A DNA stretch of 64,000 nucleotides. Origin: an uncultured Verrucomicrobiae bacterium (GTDB lineage Bacteria; Verrucomicrobiota; Verrucomicrobiia; Chthoniobacterales; UBA10450). The stretch's first letter is position 1. The number at the start of each line of letters is the position of its first letter. The translations under genes and the position numbers were made by a program. Positions 61,595-64,000 of this stretch are shown one piece after another. The stretch spans positions 512,001 to 576,000 of the forward strand of contig CAVTMK010000002.1 in assembly GCA_963735805.1 (NCBI GenBank), given 5' to 3'. The notes under the pieces are model-generated. The model was not told the origin of the DNA, did not search any database, and saw nothing but the letters and a program-made list of their open reading frames with translations.

Positions 61595-62179
61595 ATGTTC
61601 CAACACGTCACCGTCCTTGTATCGTTTATCTTCGCCATCGCTTTGACACATGTTTTTTCGAGCGCGTCACAATTGCTGCTGGCTCGCGACCGCGTTTGCT
61701 TCTCGGCCATCCTCACGGTGGCGATGGTCAATGCTGCGCTAGGCGTGGTCATTAACTGGCTCGGCCTTTGGGAGCTCCAGAATTTAAAGCATTGGTCGCT
61801 TGGCGAAGTACTGCTTCAACTCGGCTGGGTGGTCCCAAATTACTTTAGCTGTTCACTCGTCGCCATGCCTTGTAGCGAAACCGGAGTGCTCGATATGTCA
61901 GCCTTCTTTGAGCGACAGCGCCGGGTTATTTTCTCCGCCACCCTGGCGTTATCCATAATGGGAGGGTTGGCGATCTACCTCAACCGCAACAACTTTGAGG
62001 GATGGACGCCTAACGACTGGATGGGCGCGGAACTGCTCGGTATGTTGCTCGCCGTTTGTGCGGTGCTGGCCGGTTGGGCAAAGCCGCGCTGGCTGCAATG
62101 GGTCGGGGTCGGCGGCATGTTCGTTCAAAATATTTGGTTTTTCGTTTTCTACACGCTAGGCCCTGACCGCACTCAATGA
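61595..62179 (+). CDS. Hypothetical multi-pass membrane protein inserted in the TPR array
   Basis: 194 aa with about 6 hydrophobic segments; stop overlaps paralog 7 ATG. Confidence 0.75.
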   Translation: MFQHVTVLVSFIFAIALTHVFSSASQLLLARDRVCFSAILTVAMVNAALGVVINWLGLWELQNLKHWSLGEVLLQLGWVVPNYFSCSLVAMPCSETGVLDMSAFFERQRRVIFSATLALSIMGGLAIYLNRNNFEGWTPNDWMGAELLGMLLAVCAVLAGWAKPRWLQWVGVGGMFVQNIWFFVFYTLGPDRTQ

Positions 62180-64000
62180 AGATCAATAATTTCTTCGCCG
62201 AGTTGAAGCGGCGGAATGTTTACAAAGTTGCGGTCGCTTATGCGGTCGCTTCCTGGTTGTTGATTCAAATCGCGACCCAGGTTTTCCCGTTTTTCGAGAT
62301 CCCGAATTGGGCGGTGCGACTCGTAGTGCTACTGCTCGTTTTAGGTTTTCCCGTCGCGCTGATTTTGTCGTGGGCTTTTGAGATTACGCCTGAGGGAATC
62401 AAACTCGAATCCGAGATCGAGCCGAACAAATCAATTAAGCGAGGCACCGGGCGAAAGATTGTCGCCGTGACCATCGCGCTGGCAATCGTAGCGGCTGGTC
62501 TGTTCGTGTATCAACTGGTAGGCCGCGATGGCTGGGCGCGCCGCTCTTATGATTCAGAAGCCGCTGAAAACGGACGGCCCGGCGGTCTGTCCCTGCCGAT
62601 ACCTAACAAATCGATCGCAGTGCTGCCGTTCGATAATCTCAGCCGCGATCCCGATAACGCTTATTTTTGCGAAGGCGTGCAGGACGAAATCCTGACCCGG
62701 TTGGCAAAAGTCGCGGACCTGAAAGTTATCTCGCGCACATCGACACAGCAATTCAAGAGCGCGCCAGAGAATTTACCGCAAATCGCGAAGCAACTTGGGG
62801 TGGCCCATGTACTAGAGGGAAGTGTGCAAAGAGCGAACGACCAGATCCGCGTCAACGTACAATTGATCAATGCTCTAACCGATGCGCACCTATGGGCCGA
62901 AACGTTCGATCGGAAATTGACTGATATCTTCGCGGTTGAAAGCGAGATCGCGAAAACAATCGCCGATACGTTACAGGCGAAGCTAAGCGGCTCCGAGCAG
63001 CATGCAATTGCCGCGCGACCAACCGAGAATACCGAAGCGCACCAGCTTTATTTGAAGGGACGTTTTTTTTGGAACAAGCGCACCGGGAACGATCTGAAGA
63101 AGTCGCTCGATTACTTTGAGCAAGCCATCGCGGCAGACCCCAACTACGCCCTCGCTTACGCCGGAATCGCCGATGCTTACGTCTTTCTACCCGGGTACAC
63201 GGCAGGCACTCCAAAAGATTGTTACCCGAAAGCGATGGCGGCGGCGAAGAAGGCGTTGGAATTAGACGATACTCTCGCAGAAGCGCATACCACTTTGGCG
63301 CTGGCGATTTGGTATTACGATTTCGATTTCTCGCAAGCGAACAGGGAATTTCAGCGTGCGATCGAGTTGAACCCAAATTATGCAACTGGACACCAGCAGT
63401 ACGCAAACAACACTTTGTCCGCGTTAGGCCGGTTCGACGAGGCAATCGCCGAGGGAAAACGAGCGGTCGAACTTGATCCTCTCTCGCTCGTGATCAACGC
63501 GGATCTCGGCATGAATTATTATTATGCACGCCGCTACGACGAAGCTATTACGCAACTGCGAAAAACGCTGGAAATGGATCCTGGCTATTACTATGCCCAT
63601 GTCGACCTGGGCCAGGTTCTCGCGGCGAAGCGAGCATTCGGCGAGGCGATTTCGGAGTATCAAAAGGCGCGTGCTTTAAACGACGACCCATTCGTGCTCG
63701 GGCTGCTCGGTCACGCTTATGCCTCCTCGGGTAACAAGACTGAGGCACTGAAAATACTGGACCAGCTGAAAGAGGTCTCCGGGCAGCGCTACGTCTCCAC
63801 GTATAGCTTTGCTATTGTTTATCTCGCACTCGACGACAGACAAGAGGCGCTTCGCTGGCTCGAACAAAGCTATCAAGATCGCGCCGGTGCTGACATTGGG
63901 TGGATTCGAGTTGACTCGCTTCTGGATGCACTGCACGGCGACCCAGGCTTCGAAGCGCTCGCCGAGAAGATTGTTCCAGCCGCGCAGTTTGGAAAGAAAG
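62176..64000 (+). CDS. Membrane-anchored TolB-N-like/TPR protein, paralog 7 (runs off window edge)
   Basis: Manual translation MKINNFFAELKRRNVYKVAVAYAVASWLLIQ ... LHGDPGFEALAEKIVP; absent from the ORF track because no stop is in the window. Confidence 0.88.
   Translation, partial: MKINNFFAELKRRNVYKVAVAYAVASWLLIQIATQVFPFFEIPNWAVRLVVLLLVLGFPVALILSWAFEITPEGIKLESEIEPNKSIKRGTGRKIVAVTIALAIVAAGLFVYQLVGRDGWARRSYDSEAAENGRPGGLSLPIPNKSIAVLPFDNLSRDPDNAYFCEGVQDEILTRLAKVADLKVISRTSTQQFKSAPENLPQIAKQLGVAHVLEGSVQRANDQIRVNVQLINALTDAHLWAETFDRKLTDIFAVESEIAKTIADTLQAKLSGSEQHAIAARPTENTEAHQLYLKGRFFWNKRTGNDLKKSLDYFEQAIAADPNYALAYAGIADAYVFLPGYTAGTPKDCYPKAMAAAKKALELDDTLAEAHTTLALAIWYYDFDFSQANREFQRAIELNPNYATGHQQYANNTLSALGRFDEAIAEGKRAVELDPLSLVINADLGMNYYYARRYDEAITQLRKTLEMDPGYYYAHVDLGQVLAAKRAFGEAISEYQKARALNDDPFVLGLLGHAYASSGNKTEALKILDQLKEVSGQRYVSTYSFAIVYLALDDRQEALRWLEQSYQDRAGADIGWIRVDSLLDALHGDPGFEALAEKIVPAAQFGKK
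62518..62596. repeat. Degenerate GTAG-type palindrome in-frame in paralog 7 linker
   Basis: GTAGGCCGCGATGGCTGGGCGCGCCG ... CGGCCCGGCGGTCTGTCCCTGC. Confidence 0.65.

Noticed and set aside
50499..64000. Diversity-generating retroelement driving TPR variation
   Set aside because: No reverse transcriptase and no template/variable repeat pair differing only at adenines was seen
50499..64000. Annotation of the paralogs as adenylate cyclases or true TolB
   Set aside because: No cyclase catalytic domain or beta-propeller; only the accessory SIAVLPF domain and TPRs are present

Overview
About 55% GC bacterial chromosomal window. Gene style and repeat content suggest a soil Verrucomicrobium (Chthoniobacterales / Ca. 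Udaeobacter-like); this is inference only. In order it holds: a methyltransferase island edge; a complete Pho cluster (phoB-phoR-pstSCAB-phoU-ppk1-ROK kinase-sixA) with a Pho box before pstS; housekeeping genes (dicarboxylate symporter, carbon-nitrogen hydrolase, cyclophilin, carB, sufE, mdh, purC, rlmI-like, gatCA); a sulfatase (frameshifted) plus methyltransferase island; a TetR/HlyD/ABC export operon; three small genes separated by attC-like sites with no integrase in view (CALIN-like); pit-DUF47-mgtE; beta-oxidation genes; a C-terminally short ECF sigma; lat-aldehyde dehydrogenase lysine catabolism; an MmgE/PrpD protein; and a >13.5 kb tandem array of at least 7 membrane-anchored TolB-N-like/TPR paralogs with mosaic, module-swapped sequences. 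The most notable signals are (1) this shuffled receptor-like array, (2) several REP-like palindrome families found both between genes and in-frame inside proteins (PrpD, FadJ twice, TPR linkers), and (3) the attC cassette cluster. No rRNA, tRNA, CRISPR array or transposase was seen.
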